Made by a program: the position numbers and the translations under genes. Source: an uncultured Gammaproteobacteria bacterium (lineage in GTDB: Bacteria > Patescibacteriota > Microgenomatia > Daviesbacterales > UBA10151). Taken from it: DNA of 32,000 nt. Every line of letters begins with the position of its first letter. Within the stretch, counting starts at the first letter, position 1. The notes beneath the pieces were generated by a model, which did not search any database, was not told where the DNA came from, and was given only the letters and a program-made list of their open reading frames with translations. Positions 30,405 to 32,000 of this stretch are shown here, piece after piece. The stretch spans positions 1 through 32,000 of the forward strand of contig CAYHYM010000002.1 of NCBI GenBank assembly GCA_964360965.1, in the 5' to 3' direction.

Positions 30405-32000
30405 ATCTGTGGCAGTCTGATAAGTATCCTGTATCAGTTTACTTTTCTCTTCAGAAAAGAACCAGCGAAAAACTTCTTTAACAATAGGTGAGGCAACAGA
30501 TGACCCTTCTCCTCCACCTTCTATCAGAACTGTCATGGCTATTTTGGGGTCATCTGAGGGAGCAAAAGATGTATACCAGGCATGAGTTCTGCCTTTGGGG
30601 TCACCATATTCTGAAGTACCAGTTTTGCCAGCCGTTTTAATGGGAAAGGTAAAAAAAGGCCAGGCAGTACCACCTGCTGATGCCACCTGCTCCAATCCCT
30701 CTTTGATTACTTTGATATGCTCCGAAGAGGCAATATTTTCTGCCAAAATCTCGCTCTTAAACGCTTTTTGTATATTTCCATTTTCATCTGTGATCTTAAG
30801 CAGAAGCTGCGGCCTAAAAAGCTTGCCGTCTGCAGCGATAAATGAAGTGATCCCCAAAATTTGCAAAGGGGTGGTCAATATAAAACCCTGGCCAATTGAT
30901 AAATGCAGCGTATCTCCGGGAAACCAGACTTCCCCTTTTTCTTTTTTCTTCCAAGTCTCATCCGGCACTAGTCCCATATCCTCCTGGGGCAAATCTATCT
31001 TAAGTTTCCCTCCCAAGTGCAGTTTTCTGGCCCATTCGGAAAGCATTTTTTCACCTATAGTTTGTCCCACTCTGTAAAAATAGGTATCGTTTGATCTTTT
31101 GAGGGCTTTTTTAATATCAACCGAACCCTCAAGTCTTCCATATTGGGTAAAATACCAGTTGGTAAAGCGAAAAGACCCCAAAAAAATTTCTCCCGTATCC
31201 TCAATTTGAGTCTGGGGAGTAATTTTGCCTGAGGACAGCGCTGCCAGGGCAGATACAATTTTAAAAGTTGAGCCCGGCGGATACTGACCTGCTATGGCCC
31301 TGTTTAAAAGCGGAGCATCTTTTCCTTGTAAAATTTGTTCAATTTCCCTTTCATCAGCCTGGCTGGTCAATACATTACCATCAAATGAAGGTAAAGAGGT
31401 AAGGGCTAACACCTGTCCGGATTTAGGGTCCATGGCCATGGCCGCGCCGCAGCAGCTGCCGCTCTTTTTAATGGCAGCAGAAAGTTCATCAAAAAGAATC
31501 TTCTGGATGTCAGCATCCAAAGTTAAAGTAATACTTTTGCCGGGGATTGGGGCAACCGCTCTTAGGGTTCTTATGATCCTGCCCAAATTGTCAACCTCAA
31601 TCACTTCCCCACCATCCACTCCCCGCAATATATTCTCATAGTAAGCCTCCTCTCCCAGCTGACCCACCCGATCGCCAATTTTATATCCGGAAAACTTAAC
31701 ATCTTTAAGCTGATTCTCTGATATTTCTCCCACATAACCTACGCTGTGAGCTGCCATCTCACCCAATGGATAATGCCTTTTTGAATCAATTTCCAAATTG
31801 GAAAAGTTGGGATCTTCACTCACTTCCATTTTCAAAGCCTGTTCCCGGGATAACAGGACGGCTTTTTTACTCTTGGGATCAACCAGCCTAAAAGCGGGGG
31901 AATTGGCTGCCAGCACCCTACCATTACGGTCAAAAATAACCCCCCGGGGAGCATGGATCACTTTTATGGCAATCCTGTTTCCTTCAGCCAATTGTCTGTT
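30381..32000 (-). CDS. mrdA: penicillin-binding protein 2-type transpeptidase; 5' end outside the window
   Basis: APRGVIFDRNGRVLAAN (PBP dimerisation domain), SxxK (STFK), SxN (SND) and KTGT motifs. The frame stays open to the window edge; the TTG at 31991 is not the true start. The choice of PBP2 over FtsI is tentative. Confidence 0.8.
   Translation of the reverse strand, partial: NRQLAEGNRIAIKVIHAPRGVIFDRNGRVLAANSPAFRLVDPKSKKAVLLSREQALKMEVSEDPNFSNLEIDSKRHYPLGEMAAHSVGYVGEISENQLKDVKFSGYKIGDRVGQLGEEAYYENILRGVDGGEVIEVDNLGRIIRTLRAVAPIPGKSITLTLDADIQKILFDELSAAIKKSGSCCGAAMAMDPKSGQVLALTSLPSFDGNVLTSQADEREIEQILQGKDAPLLNRAIAGQYPPGSTFKIVSALAALSSGKITPQTQIEDTGEIFLGSFRFTNWYFTQYGRLEGSVDIKKALKRSNDTYFYRVGQTIGEKMLSEWARKLHLGGKLKIDLPQEDMGLVPDETWKKKEKGEVWFPGDTLHLSIGQGFILTTPLQILGITSFIAADGKLFRPQLLLKITDENGNIQKAFKSEILAENIASSEHIKVIKEGLEQVASAGGTAWPFFTFPIKTAGKTGTSEYGDPKGRTHAWYTSFAPSDDPKIAMTVLIEGGGEGSSVASPIVKEVFRWFFSEEKSKLIQDTYQTATDSARTLGE

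Noticed and set aside
1-32000. Alternative genetic code (UGA recoding), as occurs in some candidate phyla
   Set aside because: Several well-aligned genes (dcd at 20309, tmk at 19657, the regulator at 29139) terminate at TGA at the expected protein ends. No conserved gene is interrupted by an in-frame TGA.

Overview
AT-rich, very gene-dense bacterial window of about 40 genes. Nearly all genes from ~1.5 kb to ~29.6 kb are co-directional on the minus strand, often with 1-13 nt overlaps. Most content is core housekeeping: cysS, recR, ybaB, dnaX, ybeY, rpsU, tig, proS, rseP, frr, tsf, rpsB, topA, dprA, a PBP2-type transpeptidase (5' end outside the window), two M16 peptidases and a dcd-tmk-thyX-like dTTP module. 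Several proteins are reduced: a trigger factor without a PPIase domain, a 161-aa EF-Ts and a ProRS without the INS domain. Together with a DUF5667-like protein and many small membrane-anchored hypotheticals, this suggests a small-genome Patescibacteria/CPR-like organism; that is inference only. I saw no rRNA, tRNA, CRISPR array, transposase, integrase or recognisable defence gene. UGA is used as a stop codon. The most unusual signal visible in the sequence is a set of short GC-rich palindromic repeats at nine or more loci. Three copies are translated in-frame inside essential genes (dnaX, proS, ybaB), as with Rickettsia palindromic elements. Other candidates for undescribed biology: (1) a tight M16 / 136-aa Gly-Gly-terminal protein / 413-aa PRTase-like protein / cysS / M16 block; (2) a 573-aa internally duplicated ThyX-like protein in an operon led by an unknown 169-aa protein; (3) a membrane-anchored double-ring Clp/Hsp100 ATPase among small envelope proteins; (4) a 27-bp perfect repeat carrying a 6-2-6 palindrome and a -10 box, present upstream of both a small PaaX/Cas2-fold regulator and dprA. 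Every functional assignment comes from motifs read in the supplied translations. No database search was run.
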